Origin: an uncultured delta proteobacterium
Lineage (GTDB): Bacteria > Desulfobacterota > Binatia > Binatales > Binataceae
Direction: 5' to 3'
Length of the DNA: 64,000 bases
NCBI GenBank assembly: GCA_963765675.1
Contig: CAVXXK010000001.1
Location: 2,272,001 to 2,336,000 of the forward strand
Below the pieces are notes generated by a model. It saw only the letters and a list, made by a program, of their open reading frames with translations, was not told the origin of the DNA and ran no database searches. Numbering within the stretch: position 1 is the first letter of the stretch; every line of letters starts with the position of its first letter. This document shows, in pieces, positions 40,514 to 51,477 of this stretch. A program made the translations under genes and the position numbers.

Positions 40514-41962
40514 ATGGCAAATGAACTGGCGCATCCGGAAAAGTTCTTTCTCAATCGCTTCGGCATGAGCGACCGCGCTTTCGAGCGGATCTTGGGCACC
40601 GCGCTCGAACGCAAAGCTGACTACGCCGACCTGTTCTTCGAATACCAGAGCGCAGAGTCGCTCGCGCTTGAAGAGTCGATGGTCAATCATACCTCCAAGA
40701 GCATCAGCCACGGCGTCGGCGTCCGCGTATGCGCCGAAGATCGCACTGGCTACGCCTACTCCGACGAAGTCACGATCGACAGGATGCAGCTCGCGGCCGA
40801 AGCCGCCCGCGCAATCGCCGACCAGCGCGCGACGGTACCCGCGGTGCAGGTAGGAGCTCCGGCCCCGCGCCATGCGCTGTACGAGGTCGAGACGACGCCG
40901 CTGGAAATTCCGCTCGAAGAGCGCGCCCGGCTCTTGCGCGAGATCGACGCCGCAGCGCGTGCGTATGATCCCCGAGTGAAGAACGTGATGGCCTCGATCG
41001 CGGCCGAGCGCAAGATCGTCATGATCGTCACCAGCGAAGGCAAGCTCGCCGCCGATGTGCAGCCGCTATGCCGCTTGAACGTGACGGTGATCGCGGAAGA
41101 TGGGAAAGGCGGCCGCCAATCCGGAACCTTCGGCGGCGGCGGACGCGTCGAGTACAAGTATTTTCTCGAAGGCGACCGATGGCGCCAGTACGCGCACGAA
41201 GCCGCACGCCAGGCGATCGTCAACCTTGACGCGGGTGACGCGCCCGCGGGCGAGATGGTCGTGGTCCTTGGGCCGGGATGGCCGGGAATCCTGCTTCACG
41301 AGGCGATCGGTCATGGGCTCGAGGGCGACTTTAATCGCAAGGGCGTTTCTGCCTTCTCCGGGCGGATCGGTCAGAAGGTCGCAAGCGAACTCTGCACCGT
41401 CGTTGACGACGGCACGATCCCGATGCGCCGCGGCAGCCTGAACGTCGATGACGAAGGCACGCCGACCTCGCGCACGGTGCTGATCGAAAAAGGAATCCTG
41501 CGCGGATATTTGCAGGATCGGATGAACGCGCGCCTGATGAAGATGAAGCCGACAGGTAACGGCCGCCGCGAGAGCTTTGCGCATACGCCGATGCCGCGAA
41601 TGACCAACACCTTCATGCTCGCCGGGGATTCGACCAAAGAGGAAATCATCAAGTCGGTGAAAAAGGGCCTCTACGCGGTCAACTTTGGCGGTGGGCAGGT
41701 CGATATCACTAATGGCAAATTCGTCTTCTCCGCGAGCGAGGCCTACCTGATCGAGGACGGCCAGGTGACACGCCCGGTAAAGGGCGCAACGCTGATCGGC
41801 GACGGTCCCGACGTGCTGACGCGCGTCGCGATGGTCGGCAACGACCTCGCACTGGATTCGGGCGTCGGCACCTGCGGCAAGGACGGCCAATCGGTGCCGG
41901 TGGGCGTAGGACTTCCGACGATTCGGATCGACGGGCTCACGGTGGGCGGCACTCGCGCATGA
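40514..41962 (+). CDS. tldD: Metalloprotease TldD
   Basis: LLHEAIGHGLEGD, PRMTNT, GTCGKDGQ.VPVG.G.PT. Confidence 0.95.
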   Translation: MANELAHPEKFFLNRFGMSDRAFERILGTALERKADYADLFFEYQSAESLALEESMVNHTSKSISHGVGVRVCAEDRTGYAYSDEVTIDRMQLAAEAARAIADQRATVPAVQVGAPAPRHALYEVETTPLEIPLEERARLLREIDAAARAYDPRVKNVMASIAAERKIVMIVTSEGKLAADVQPLCRLNVTVIAEDGKGGRQSGTFGGGGRVEYKYFLEGDRWRQYAHEAARQAIVNLDAGDAPAGEMVVVLGPGWPGILLHEAIGHGLEGDFNRKGVSAFSGRIGQKVASELCTVVDDGTIPMRRGSLNVDDEGTPTSRTVLIEKGILRGYLQDRMNARLMKMKPTGNGRRESFAHTPMPRMTNTFMLAGDSTKEEIIKSVKKGLYAVNFGGGQVDITNGKFVFSASEAYLIEDGQVTRPVKGATLIGDGPDVLTRVAMVGNDLALDSGVGTCGKDGQSVPVGVGLPTIRIDGLTVGGTRA

Positions 41963-43344
41963 AAAATCAATCTGGAAATGGAAACGTCTCGGCGACGGAA
42001 ACGCTCGACAGCGCTCTGGCTGAGTGGGTGCTGAGCGAAGCGAAAAAGCATGGCGCCAGCGCGGCCGAAGTGCTGTTCGTCGGTGCGGAGTCGCTGGCCG
42101 CAGGCGTGCGCCTGGGCGAAGTCGAAAAGCTCAAGAGCTCGCGCGAGCGGCGGCTCGGCGTGCGAGTTTTTGCCGGACAATCTTCGGCCACCGCGTCGAC
42201 CGCAGAGCTCGAGCGTGCGTCGCTGGCCGAGTTTATCGCCAACACCGTTACACTCGCGCGATTAACTGCGGCAGATCCGTGGGCGGGACTTCCCGAGGCC
42301 ACGATGCATCCGAAGTCAATTCCGGATCTCGGGCTCACCGATCCCGACGCGGGAATAATCGACGCCGATCGCGCGCTCGAAATCGCGCGCAAGGGCGAGA
42401 AAGCCGCGCTCGCCGCCGATCCGCGGATCAAGAATTCCGAAGGCGCAGAGTTCGACTCCGGCCGCTATCGGGTTCTGTTCGCCAACAGCAATGGGTTCGT
42501 CGGTGAGTACGAAGGCTCGTCGTTCAGCCTCGTGGTCGCGCCGATCGCGCAGGATGGCGGCGCGATGCAGCAGGGCTTCTGGTACACGTCGAATCGCCGC
42601 TTTGCGAAGCTCGAGGACGCCGAGGCCGTCGGCCTCACCGCCGCCAAACGAGCCCTGCGCCGCCTCGGTTCGCGCAAGGTTAAAACCACCCGAGTGCCGG
42701 TGGTATTCGATCCCGACATGGCCGCCGGACTGATTCGTTCGCTCGCGGGCGCCGCATCGGGTCCGTCGCTCTATAAGGGTGCGTCATTTTTGATCGATCA
42801 GCTGGGATCTCAGGTGATGGCGCCCGCAGTGTCGATTATTGACGACGCGCGGATGCCGGGAGCGCTCGGCTCGAAACCGTTCGACGGCGAGGGCCTCGCG
42901 ACCAATCGCAAGCATTTGGTCGAAAAAGGCGTGCTCAAAACTTACCTCCTCGATTGCTATTCGGCGCGCAAGCTTAAGCTGCAACCGACCGGCAACGCCT
43001 CGCGTTCGGTAGGGCAGGCGCCGACGGTCTCGACCACCAACCTCTATCTTGAAGCGGGCGCCTACACTCCAGAGCAGATAATCGGCTCGGTCAAGCAGGG
43101 TTTATATTTGACCGAACTCATCGGGTTCGGCGTCAATATGGTGACCGGTGATTATTCGCGCGGTGCGGGCGGTATGTGGATCGAAGACGGCCAACTCGCT
43201 TACCCGGTGCAGGAAATAACCATCGCAGGCAATCTGAAGGAGATGTTTCTGAACGTCGAGATGGTTGGAAACGATCTGCATTGGCGCTCGTCAACGGTTG
43301 CGCCGACAATCAAGATTTCCGAAATGACAATTGCTGGCGCATAA
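41959..43344 (+). CDS. pmbA: TldE/PmbA protease partner
   Basis: PFDGEG, TGNA, GVNMVTGDYSRGA; no HExxxH motif; overlaps the tldD stop. Confidence 0.92.
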   Translation: MKNQSGNGNVSATETLDSALAEWVLSEAKKHGASAAEVLFVGAESLAAGVRLGEVEKLKSSRERRLGVRVFAGQSSATASTAELERASLAEFIANTVTLARLTAADPWAGLPEATMHPKSIPDLGLTDPDAGIIDADRALEIARKGEKAALAADPRIKNSEGAEFDSGRYRVLFANSNGFVGEYEGSSFSLVVAPIAQDGGAMQQGFWYTSNRRFAKLEDAEAVGLTAAKRALRRLGSRKVKTTRVPVVFDPDMAAGLIRSLAGAASGPSLYKGASFLIDQLGSQVMAPAVSIIDDARMPGALGSKPFDGEGLATNRKHLVEKGVLKTYLLDCYSARKLKLQPTGNASRSVGQAPTVSTTNLYLEAGAYTPEQIIGSVKQGLYLTELIGFGVNMVTGDYSRGAGGMWIEDGQLAYPVQEITIAGNLKEMFLNVEMVGNDLHWRSSTVAPTIKISEMTIAGA

Positions 43345-43433
43345 AGCGCGTTTTCGCTCAAGATTGCACCTCTTGACCGATTGCGCTGAATGTACTAACA
43401 AAGTGTAGGAATTTAGAGCTACCAGCACGTCGA

Positions 43434-43451
43434 ACTGTTGATACTTACAGT
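43434..43451. promoter_or_regulatory. Palindromic operator candidate ACTGT-N8-ACAGT
   Basis: ACTGTtgatacttACAGT in the AT-rich leader of the Crp/Fnr gene. Confidence 0.45.
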
Positions 43452-43519
43452 AGCATCGGTTGGGCGGGTGTGGCGGAGCCGGTTGTCGGCAACCGCCGGG
43501 TAGCGGAGGTCACGAAAAA

Positions 43520-44341
43520 ATGGGCGCCGCAATCAACTCAAGGGGTCGAAATATGAATGGTCCAGGAATGGAGCATCCTACTGACAAACTGCTCGCGCGG
43601 TTGGTGAGCTTGGGCTTGCCGCGCGTGGCAATCACCGCGCTGCTCGACAGGTACACTCCCGTCCGCTATCCGAAGGGCGCGCCACTGTTCGCAAAAGGCT
43701 CGCCCGCCGACGTTGTCTTCGCCGTGCTGAGCGGAGTGGTCAAGGTTCACAGCACCCGGCCCGGCAGCGACAAGATTTTGACCGAACTGGCGGGACCTGG
43801 GGATATCGTGGGGTACGCGGATTTCTCCGAGAGCTCGGGGGAACGCTCGCAGCTTTTCGAAGCCGAAGCGTTGACCGGATGCACGGTCGCGCTTTTCACC
43901 CGCCATCATATCGCCGAAGTGCTGAAGAGCCTCGACGGCGAGACGCTGTTGCATCTTGCCGAATCGATCAACTCGCTCTGGTCGTCGGTCGCATACCGGT
44001 ATGCAACCTTCCTGGGGATGTCGCTGCGGCAGCGGCTCGAGGTCGTACTCAACGAGCTGGCACTGCGCTTCGGCGTGCCCGACGCGCGCGGAGTGCTGCT
44101 CACACCCGAGCTCGCGCAGGAGGAGCTGGCAGAGATGATCGGCAGCTCGCGTCCGATGGTGTCGAAGCTGCTGATGGAGATGACGCAGCAGGGGCTGCTT
44201 GCTCGCGATGGCCGGCGGCGAATCCTGGTTGGCGTGCCGAAGTCGAATCTGTTGCCGTCGCTGCCGCTGTTCCGCACCAGCGCATCGGCGCCTGCGCCCG
44301 CCGTGGTGCGTCCGCCTGCGCGCGGTGCCGCAGTGGCATAG
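43520..44341 (+). CDS. Crp/Fnr family transcriptional regulator
   Basis: cNMP-like beta roll (VLSGVVKV...GPGDIVG) and HTH (LAQEELAEMIGSSRPMVSKLL); GGAGGT RBS before ATG 43520; start uncertain. Confidence 0.85.
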   Translation: MGAAINSRGRNMNGPGMEHPTDKLLARLVSLGLPRVAITALLDRYTPVRYPKGAPLFAKGSPADVVFAVLSGVVKVHSTRPGSDKILTELAGPGDIVGYADFSESSGERSQLFEAEALTGCTVALFTRHHIAEVLKSLDGETLLHLAESINSLWSSVAYRYATFLGMSLRQRLEVVLNELALRFGVPDARGVLLTPELAQEELAEMIGSSRPMVSKLLMEMTQQGLLARDGRRRILVGVPKSNLLPSLPLFRTSASAPAPAVVRPPARGAAVA

Positions 44342-44373
44342 CGATCCGAAACTGATATTCCCGCATTGAAAGG

Positions 44374-44410
44374 GGGGCGCGCGTCCGAGCCGGACGCGCG
44401 CTTCTTTTTT
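44374..44410 (+). terminator. Intrinsic terminator between convergent crp and coxG
   Basis: GCGCGCGTCCG-AGC-CGGACGCGCGC followed by TTCTTTTTT. Confidence 0.8.
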
Positions 44411-44416
44411 GGCTCG

Positions 44417-44947
44417 CTAATTCCGGCCCAAGATCGAAGCAACCAGGCGGACGATCGATCGCCACAGATTGATCAAGATTCCCTGGCGGGCGACGGTGCC
44501 GGCGGCTTCGGCCTTAAGCTCCGCGTCGGCGGCGGCAAAAAACTGCCCGAGCATCATCTTGGCCGCGCTATCAATCACGCGCTGGCCGACTTGCACCAAC
44601 GGTCCGCCGACCTGGATATCGCCGGCGTACCTGACGGTGGTGGATTTCGCGTCGCGCGCTTCGAGGTCCAAGGTTCCCGAGCCGCGGATAAAGCCCTGCT
44701 TGCCCTTGCCGTCGACGATCATCCGATAGTGCTCGGGCGGGCGTTGGTCTTCGAGCTTCAGTTTGCCGGAATAGACGCCTTTGACCGACGCGATACCGAC
44801 GTTGAGCGTACCGCCGTATTCGTCCGGGCCGAGCGTCTCGAGCTTTTCGCATCCGGGTATGAGCTTGGAGAGCCGCTCGGGATTGTTGAACAGTTCCCAC
44901 ACCCGTGCGCGCGGCCCCGACAAGACGGTTTCTCCAGCGAGCTTCAT
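44417..44947 (-). CDS. coxG: CoxG/SRPBCC family protein
   Basis: VWELFNNPERLSKLIPGC, GG.LVQVGQRVI; last gene of the cox operon. Confidence 0.85.
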   Translation of the reverse strand: MKLAGETVLSGPRARVWELFNNPERLSKLIPGCEKLETLGPDEYGGTLNVGIASVKGVYSGKLKLEDQRPPEHYRMIVDGKGKQGFIRGSGTLDLEARDAKSTTVRYAGDIQVGGPLVQVGQRVIDSAAKMMLGQFFAAADAELKAEAAGTVARQGILINLWRSIVRLVASILGRN

Positions 44948-44992
44948 CTGCAGGTAGGCCGTTCCTTTCGATCCGATTTGAACCTAGCGGGC

Positions 44993-45859
44993 TCAGGGCC
45001 TGACGCGTGCAAATGTGTTTTCGAGGGCGCGGCGAGTATAAACACGCGCGAGTTCGGCACGGAAATCAGCAGAGGCGTGAATGTCCGCCAGTGCATCGAT
45101 ACCGTCGGCGGCGTGCGCGGCGGCCGCCGCGATTTCCTGGGCGGGCGCTTTACCCACCAGCGCGGCTTCGACCGCTTTGGCGCGAAACGGTTTCGGGCCG
45201 AGCCCGGTTATTCCGACGCGAACGTTTTCGCAGGCGCCGTTTTTCCCAAGCGCGACCATCGCCGCGACTCCGACAGTCGCGAACCCGGACGCGGGCTGCC
45301 GATGCTTCAAATATGCGAAGCCGCGTCCCGCCGGAATGGGCGCGAATGCAACCTGCGTCACGATCTCGCCGGAACGCACCGCCGTCGTCATCAGGTCGAG
45401 GAAGAAATCGTCGGCCTTGACGACTCGCGCGCCACCGGCGCCTTCGATTTTGATTTCAGCCTCGAGCGCCAGGACCGCCGCCGGATAGTCCGCCGCTGGA
45501 TCGGCGTGGGCGATCGAGCCGCCGATCGTTCCGCGGTTGCGCACCTGCACGTCGCCGATCATCGCGGCGCATTCGGCCAGCAGCCCAAGCTTCGCGCGGA
45601 CGAGGGGAGACGCCTCGACCGCCTGATGCGTCGTCATCGCGCCGATCAGAATTTTGCCGGATTCCTCCCGAATCGAAGCCAGCTCGCGCACCCCGCTGAT
45701 ATCGACCAAATGCGCGGGCTGCGCCAGGCGCAGCTTCATGATCGGGAGGAGGCTGTGGCCGCCCGCGATAAGCTTGCTGTCTTCGCCGTACTCCGAGAGC
45801 ATCGCGAGCGCCTCTTTCACGGAAGAAGCACGATGGTATTCGAACGCCGATGGATACAT
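44993..45859 (-). CDS. coxM: Molybdenum hydroxylase FAD subunit (CoxM/CutM-like)
   Basis: IAGGHSLLP, QVRNRGTIGGSIAHADP. Confidence 0.88.
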   Translation of the reverse strand: MYPSAFEYHRASSVKEALAMLSEYGEDSKLIAGGHSLLPIMKLRLAQPAHLVDISGVRELASIREESGKILIGAMTTHQAVEASPLVRAKLGLLAECAAMIGDVQVRNRGTIGGSIAHADPAADYPAAVLALEAEIKIEGAGGARVVKADDFFLDLMTTAVRSGEIVTQVAFAPIPAGRGFAYLKHRQPASGFATVGVAAMVALGKNGACENVRVGITGLGPKPFRAKAVEAALVGKAPAQEIAAAAAHAADGIDALADIHASADFRAELARVYTRRALENTFARVRP

Positions 45860-45864
45860 TGCGG

Positions 45865-48207
45865 TTATGCCTTTGCCTTTGCGTCGCGAATCGCGCGCCA
45901 GACCGTCTCGGGCTTAAGCGGCATGTCGAGATGACGGATGCCGAGCGGGCTGAGCGCGTCGAGCACCGCGTTGACCACACACGGTGTCGAACCGATGGTT
46001 CCGGCTTCGCCCACGCCTTTGACGCCGAGCGGATTTACCGGTGACGGCGTGACCGTCGAGGCCAACTCATAGTGCGGCAGCATGTTGGCCTTGGGCACCG
46101 CGTAGTCCATTAGGGTCGCGGTGATTAGCTGTCCGTTCTCGTCGTAAACGATTTCCTCATATAGCGCCTGCGCGATACCCTGCGCGATTCCGCCGTGAAT
46201 TTGTCCTTCGACCAGAAGCGGACTCAGGATTCTGCCGCAATCATCCACTGCGACGTAGCGCAGAAACTTTGTCACCCCGGTTTGAGGATCGACTTCGACC
46301 ACCGCGACGTGGGTGCCGAAGGGAAAGGTGCAGTTGGCAGGCTCGTAGAAGCTGGTCGCATCGAGTCCAGGTTCGAGGCCCGGAAACGGCTGCTTGTATC
46401 CGTATGCGGCATCGACGATTTGCTGCAGTGCGATCGATTTCGACGGATCGGATCCAAGCGCGATTGTCCGATTGTTGAAGATCAGGCTGTCGGGCGGCAC
46501 TTCCATCATCGTAGAGGCGATCTGTTTCATCTTCGCCTGCAGCTTCCCGACCGAGAGCATCAGCGCGGGACCGCCGACCGTAGTGCCGCGGCTCCCGAAG
46601 GTGCCGATCCCGTACTGCACGATCGCGGTGTCGCCATGTACGACATTGACGTCATCGATATCGATTCCGAACGCGTCGGCGACGAGCTGCGCGAACGTAG
46701 TTTCCTGGCCCTGGCCGTGGGGCGAAACGCCGGTCAGCACCGTGACTTTGCAATCTGGCTCGATCCTGACAGTCGAGCTTTCCCATCCTCCGCCCTTGAG
46801 CTTGGGCGGCAGCAGCGAGGACGGACCGATTCCGCAAATCTCGACGTACGAGGCGATTCCGATTCCGAGATACCGGCCATGCTTGCGCGCCTCGGCCTGC
46901 TCGGCGCGAACTTTTTTGTAATCGATGATATCGAGCGCCTTCGTGAGCGCGAGATCGTAGTCGCCCGAGTCATAGACCAGTCCGCCCGCGGTCGATGCGG
47001 GAAATGATTCCTTGGCGATGAAATTCTTGCGCCGCACCTCGGCCGGGTCGAGACCGAATTCGCCCGCGACCATGTCCATGATGCGCTCGGCGATGTACGC
47101 GGCCTCGGGACGTCCAGCGCCGCGATACGCGTCGGTGGCCATCTTGTTGGTGAAGACCATCTGTTGATCAAATGACAGCGCCGGGATTTTGTAGCACCCC
47201 GTCATCATCAAGCCTGAGAAACCCGGAATCGCGGGCGTCAGGAGTTGCAGGTACGCGCCCATATCACAGATGAATTTCGCTTTAACGGCGTTTACGGTGC
47301 CGTCTTTTTGCGCGGCCACTTCCAGGTACGCGATCTGATCGCGTCCGTGCGTGGTGCCCGAGAGATTCTCGCGGCGCCGCTCGATCCACTTGATCGGTTT
47401 GTTGAGCGACATCGCCAGGTAAGCGACCAGCGCTTCTTCCGCGTAAACGTTGAGCTTGGCGCCGAAGCCGCCGCCGACCTCAGGCGCGATCACGCGGATC
47501 TTGTTTTCGCCGAGCTTGAGCTGCTCGGCGAGTTGCGAGCGCAGCAGATGCGGAATCTGGGTCGAGGACCACACCGTCAACTGCTTGTATCCGGCCTCCC
47601 ACTTGGCGACTGTTCCCCGCGGCTCCATCGGAACCGCCGCGAGGCGCTGATTGTAGATGCGGAACTTGATGATCTTGTCCGCGCGGCGCATCGCGTCGTC
47701 GACTGCCGGATTCGCCACGTTCGCGAGCGTAACCGAGTTGGAGCCAAATTCCTCGTGCAGGATCGGCGCCCCCGGATCAAGCGCCTTTTCCGGATCAATC
47801 ACTGCGTCGAGCGGTTCGTAGTCGACCTCGATCAGATCGAGCGCATCCTGCGCGACGTAGGGCGACGGCGCCACGGCGACTGCAACTCCTTCGCCGATGA
47901 AGCGGACTTTTCCCTGCGCGAGGACAGGATGGAACGGCACGTGATCGGCCGGCGCGACGCACGGCACGCCGCCAATTTTGTCCTTCAGATCGACGCCGGA
48001 AATGACGCATACAACTCCTTTGAGCGCGCGTGCCTTTTCGAGGTTGATCGAATTGATTTTCGCGTGCGCGTACGGGCTTCTCAGGACTACAGCACTCAGC
48101 ATTCCAGGAATCCGCACGTCATCGACGTAGGTTCCGGTGCCCGTTACCAGGCGCGGATCCTCGCGACGCTTGATTCGCTCGCCCACAAATTTCGGTATTA
48201 CCGCCAT
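45865..48207 (-). CDS. coxL: Molybdenum hydroxylase large subunit (form II CoxL-like)
   Basis: VGGGFGAK, active-site loop AYRGAGR, PHGQG, GVKGVGE. Confidence 0.88.
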   Translation of the reverse strand: MAVIPKFVGERIKRREDPRLVTGTGTYVDDVRIPGMLSAVVLRSPYAHAKINSINLEKARALKGVVCVISGVDLKDKIGGVPCVAPADHVPFHPVLAQGKVRFIGEGVAVAVAPSPYVAQDALDLIEVDYEPLDAVIDPEKALDPGAPILHEEFGSNSVTLANVANPAVDDAMRRADKIIKFRIYNQRLAAVPMEPRGTVAKWEAGYKQLTVWSSTQIPHLLRSQLAEQLKLGENKIRVIAPEVGGGFGAKLNVYAEEALVAYLAMSLNKPIKWIERRRENLSGTTHGRDQIAYLEVAAQKDGTVNAVKAKFICDMGAYLQLLTPAIPGFSGLMMTGCYKIPALSFDQQMVFTNKMATDAYRGAGRPEAAYIAERIMDMVAGEFGLDPAEVRRKNFIAKESFPASTAGGLVYDSGDYDLALTKALDIIDYKKVRAEQAEARKHGRYLGIGIASYVEICGIGPSSLLPPKLKGGGWESSTVRIEPDCKVTVLTGVSPHGQGQETTFAQLVADAFGIDIDDVNVVHGDTAIVQYGIGTFGSRGTTVGGPALMLSVGKLQAKMKQIASTMMEVPPDSLIFNNRTIALGSDPSKSIALQQIVDAAYGYKQPFPGLEPGLDATSFYEPANCTFPFGTHVAVVEVDPQTGVTKFLRYVAVDDCGRILSPLLVEGQIHGGIAQGIAQALYEEIVYDENGQLITATLMDYAVPKANMLPHYELASTVTPSPVNPLGVKGVGEAGTIGSTPCVVNAVLDALSPLGIRHLDMPLKPETVWRAIRDAKAKA

Positions 48208-48219
48208 CGGAGTCCTCGC

Positions 48220-48696
48220 CTACGCTGCCTGCTTTTCGCGCAGTTTTCGCGCCGCCGACTGGATCGCGTTCACGATATGCTGATAGCCAGTGCATCGGCA
48301 CAGATTGCCCTCGAGGGCCTCGCGAATCTCGGCGTCGCTCGGGTTCGGGTTGCGACCCAGCAGGTCCGCCGCCGTCATGATCATCCCCGGTGTGCAATAG
48401 CCACATTGGAGGCCATGCTCCTCCCAGAAGCCCTCCTGGAGCGGATGCATCACGGCGCCATCGGCGAGGCCCTCGATCGTCGTGAGCGCGGCGCCCTCGG
48501 CCTGGAGTGCCAGAATCGTGCATGATTTCACGGCCCGGCCATCCAGGTGGATCGTGCACGCGCCGCAAAGCGACGTTTCGCAACCGACGTGAGTACCGGT
48601 AAGGCCTGCGGTTTCGCGGATGTAGTGGACCAGCAGCATGCGGGGATCGATATCGTCCTCACGCTGCTCTCCGTTGATGGTAAGGTTCAGGCGCAT
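48220..48696 (-). CDS. coxS: [2Fe-2S] subunit (CoxS/CutS-like)
   Basis: [11 protein letters not shown]...SC and QCGYC...CRC; ATG 48696 with GGAGAG RBS. Confidence 0.9.
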   Translation of the reverse strand: MRLNLTINGEQREDDIDPRMLLVHYIRETAGLTGTHVGCETSLCGACTIHLDGRAVKSCTILALQAEGAALTTIEGLADGAVMHPLQEGFWEEHGLQCGYCTPGMIMTAADLLGRNPNPSDAEIREALEGNLCRCTGYQHIVNAIQSAARKLREKQAA

Positions 48697-48816
48697 GTGT
48701 TGTCTCTCCGTTGGACGCAGACTTACCAAATCACCGCGAAAACGGCCAACGCGAACCGCACGCGACCGCAGGTAAATGCTTGCCAAAAGTGACGCGATGG
48801 TTACCTTTGAAGGTGG

Positions 48817-51432
48817 ATGAACGCAAATCGATTCACCGAAAAGCTTCAGGAAGCGCTCGGACGAGCGCAGAACGCGGCCCTTGCAGCGCATAACCAGGCC
48901 GTCGATGTTGAGCATCTGCTGGCGGCGTTGCTCGAAGACAACGACGGTCTTGGCAGCTCGATCCTGAGCCTGGCCGGAGTCGATCGTGTCGCCGTTCAGA
49001 GCAAGCTTGCAGCCGAGCTCAAGAAGATTCCACAGGTCACCGGCGGCGGCTCCGATTCGGCGCAGGTCTATGCGACCCAGCGCCTGGGCCGCGTGCTATC
49101 GCGGGCGGAGCAGGAGGCGGGCAAGCTCAAGGACGACTACGTGTCCGTCGAGCATGTCCTGATCGCGATTCTCGACGAACCCGGCGCCGCGGCAAAGATA
49201 CTGCGCGAAACGGGCCTGACGCATGACAAGCTGATGGCGACGCTCAAGCAGGTGCGCGGAAACCAGCGCGTCACTTCGGCGAATCCGGAGGCGACTTACC
49301 AGTCGCTCGAAAAATATGGCCGCGATCTGACCAAGCTTGCCTCGCAAGGCAAGGTTGATCCTGTCATCGGACGCGACGAAGAGATTCGGCGCGTGATCCA
49401 GGTGCTGTCGCGCAGGACCAAAAATAATCCCGTGCTGATCGGAGAACCCGGCGTTGGCAAGACCGCAATCGTCGAGGGGCTTGCGCAGCGTATTGTGCGC
49501 GGCGACGTTCCCGAGGGGCTGAAGAACCGCAAAGTCGTCGCGCTGGATATGGGCGCGCTAATCGCCGGGGCGAAGTTTCGCGGCGAATTCGAAGAGCGGC
49601 TCAAAGCGGTACTAAAGGAAGTGCAGGATGCGGCCGGCGAGGTGATCCTGTTTATCGACGAGCTGCATACCGTCGTCGGCGCAGGCGCCGCGGAAGGTGC
49701 GATGGACGCGTCGAATCTGCTGAAGCCGATGCTCGCGCGCGGAGAACTGCACTGCATCGGTGCGACCACGCTCAACGAGTATCGCAAATATATTGAGAAA
49801 GACGCGGCGCTCGAGCGGCGCTTTCAGCCGGTGATGGTCAATGAGCCGAGCGTCGAGGACACCATATCGATCCTGCGCGGATTAAAAGAACGCTACGAGG
49901 TCCATCACGGGATCCGGATCAAGGATTCGGCGCTGGTGACCGCAGCGATTTTGTCCAAGCGCTATATCACCGACCGTTTTCTGCCCGACAAGGCGATCGA
50001 CCTGGTCGATGAAGCCGCGGCCAAGCTGCGCACTGAAAAAGAATCGATGCCGGTTGAGCTGGACGAAGTCAATCGCCGCGTGATGCAGCTCGAGATCGAG
50101 CGGCAGGCGCTCAAGCGCGAGACCGACGCGGCGTCGAAAGATCGTCTTGATCGGCTCGAGAAAGAACTCGCCGAAGCCAACGAGAAGCGCTCGGCGCTTC
50201 AGGCCCAATGGCAGAGCGAAAAAGGCGGCCTCGAAAATCTTTCGAAAATCAAAGCCGAGATCGAGCAGACCCGCCTCGCGATCGAAAAAGCCAAGCGCGA
50301 GTACGATCTCAACAAGGTCGCTGAGCTTCAATACGGCAAGCTCGCCGGGCTTGAAAAGGCGCTCGCCGCCGACGAAGGCAAGCTCGCCAAACAGCCCGGC
50401 GGCGCCGATCGGCTGATCAAAGAAGAAGTGGATGAAGACGATATCGCGGAAGTGGTTTCGCGATGGACCCACATCCCGGTCGCGCGCCTGCTGGAAGGCG
50501 AAATGCAGAAGCTGGTGCATCTCGAAGAGCATCTGCACAAGCGCGTCATCGGCCAGGACGAGGCGGTCTCCGCCGTCGCCGACGCGGTGGTTCGCGCACG
50601 TGCGGGACTCAAAGATCCCAATCGTCCGATCGGATCGTTTATCTTTCTCGGACCGACTGGAGTCGGCAAAACCGAACTGGCGCGCGCTCTGGCCGAATTT
50701 CTGTTCGATGACGAGTCCGCGATGATCCGGATCGACATGTCCGAATACATGGAGAAGCACACCGTCTCACGCCTGGTCGGCGCGCCTCCGGGGTACGTCG
50801 GCTACGATGAAGGCGGGCAGCTCACCGAAGCGGTGCGGCGCCGCCCGTATTCCGTAATCCTGTTCGACGAGATCGAGAAAGCCCACAGCGACGTATTCAA
50901 CATCCTGCTCCAGCTTCTTGACGACGGACGCCTCACCGACGGTCACGGACGCACGGTCGATTTCCGCAACTGCGTCGTGATCATGACGTCGAATATCGCA
51001 AGTCAGCTCATCCTGGGATTCAAGGGCCAGGACTACGACAAGATGAAGGCCGAGTGCCTCGACGTGCTGCGTCAGAGTTTTCGGCCCGAGTTCTTAAACC
51101 GCGTGGACGAGATCGTGGTGTTCCATCCGCTCGCGCGCGACGAACTTCGCAAGATCGTTGAGGTCCAGCTAGGCCGGCTGCGCAAGCGGCTCGAGGATCG
51201 CAAGATTACGATCGAGCTGACCTCCAAGGCGCTCGACTACCTGGCCGAGCACGGCTACGACCCGTCGTATGGCGCTCGCCCGCTGAAGCGCCTCATCCAG
51301 AGCGAGCTCGAGACCGCGCTCGCGCGCAAGATCCTCACCAGCGAGATTCGCGACGGCTCGAAGGTTATCGTCGACGCGACCGGCCGCGGGCTGGGATTCA
51401 AGAGCGAACCGCTGCCGTCCGCCGCGGCCTGA
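48817..51432 (+). CDS. clpB: ATP-dependent chaperone ClpB
   Basis: Two Walker A motifs ([16 protein letters not shown]), long coiled-coil middle domain, 871 aa. Confidence 0.97.
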   Translation: MNANRFTEKLQEALGRAQNAALAAHNQAVDVEHLLAALLEDNDGLGSSILSLAGVDRVAVQSKLAAELKKIPQVTGGGSDSAQVYATQRLGRVLSRAEQEAGKLKDDYVSVEHVLIAILDEPGAAAKILRETGLTHDKLMATLKQVRGNQRVTSANPEATYQSLEKYGRDLTKLASQGKVDPVIGRDEEIRRVIQVLSRRTKNNPVLIGEPGVGKTAIVEGLAQRIVRGDVPEGLKNRKVVALDMGALIAGAKFRGEFEERLKAVLKEVQDAAGEVILFIDELHTVVGAGAAEGAMDASNLLKPMLARGELHCIGATTLNEYRKYIEKDAALERRFQPVMVNEPSVEDTISILRGLKERYEVHHGIRIKDSALVTAAILSKRYITDRFLPDKAIDLVDEAAAKLRTEKESMPVELDEVNRRVMQLEIERQALKRETDAASKDRLDRLEKELAEANEKRSALQAQWQSEKGGLENLSKIKAEIEQTRLAIEKAKREYDLNKVAELQYGKLAGLEKALAADEGKLAKQPGGADRLIKEEVDEDDIAEVVSRWTHIPVARLLEGEMQKLVHLEEHLHKRVIGQDEAVSAVADAVVRARAGLKDPNRPIGSFIFLGPTGVGKTELARALAEFLFDDESAMIRIDMSEYMEKHTVSRLVGAPPGYVGYDEGGQLTEAVRRRPYSVILFDEIEKAHSDVFNILLQLLDDGRLTDGHGRTVDFRNCVVIMTSNIASQLILGFKGQDYDKMKAECLDVLRQSFRPEFLNRVDEIVVFHPLARDELRKIVEVQLGRLRKRLEDRKITIELTSKALDYLAEHGYDPSYGARPLKRLIQSELETALARKILTSEIRDGSKVIVDATGRGLGFKSEPLPSAAA

Positions 51433-51477
51433 TCCGCAGTCCGCGGCCGGGCCACAGATTCATCGCAAATCCTAATG

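Noticed and set aside
38636-43344. tldD/pmbA with PhyH and AKR as a possible RiPP cluster
   Set aside because: No precursor peptide, YcaO or transporter; TldD/E look like the housekeeping type and are divergently transcribed.
48697-48915. Extended N-terminus of the coxS ORF
   Set aside because: Overlaps the clpB start; an ATG with a good RBS exists at 48696.
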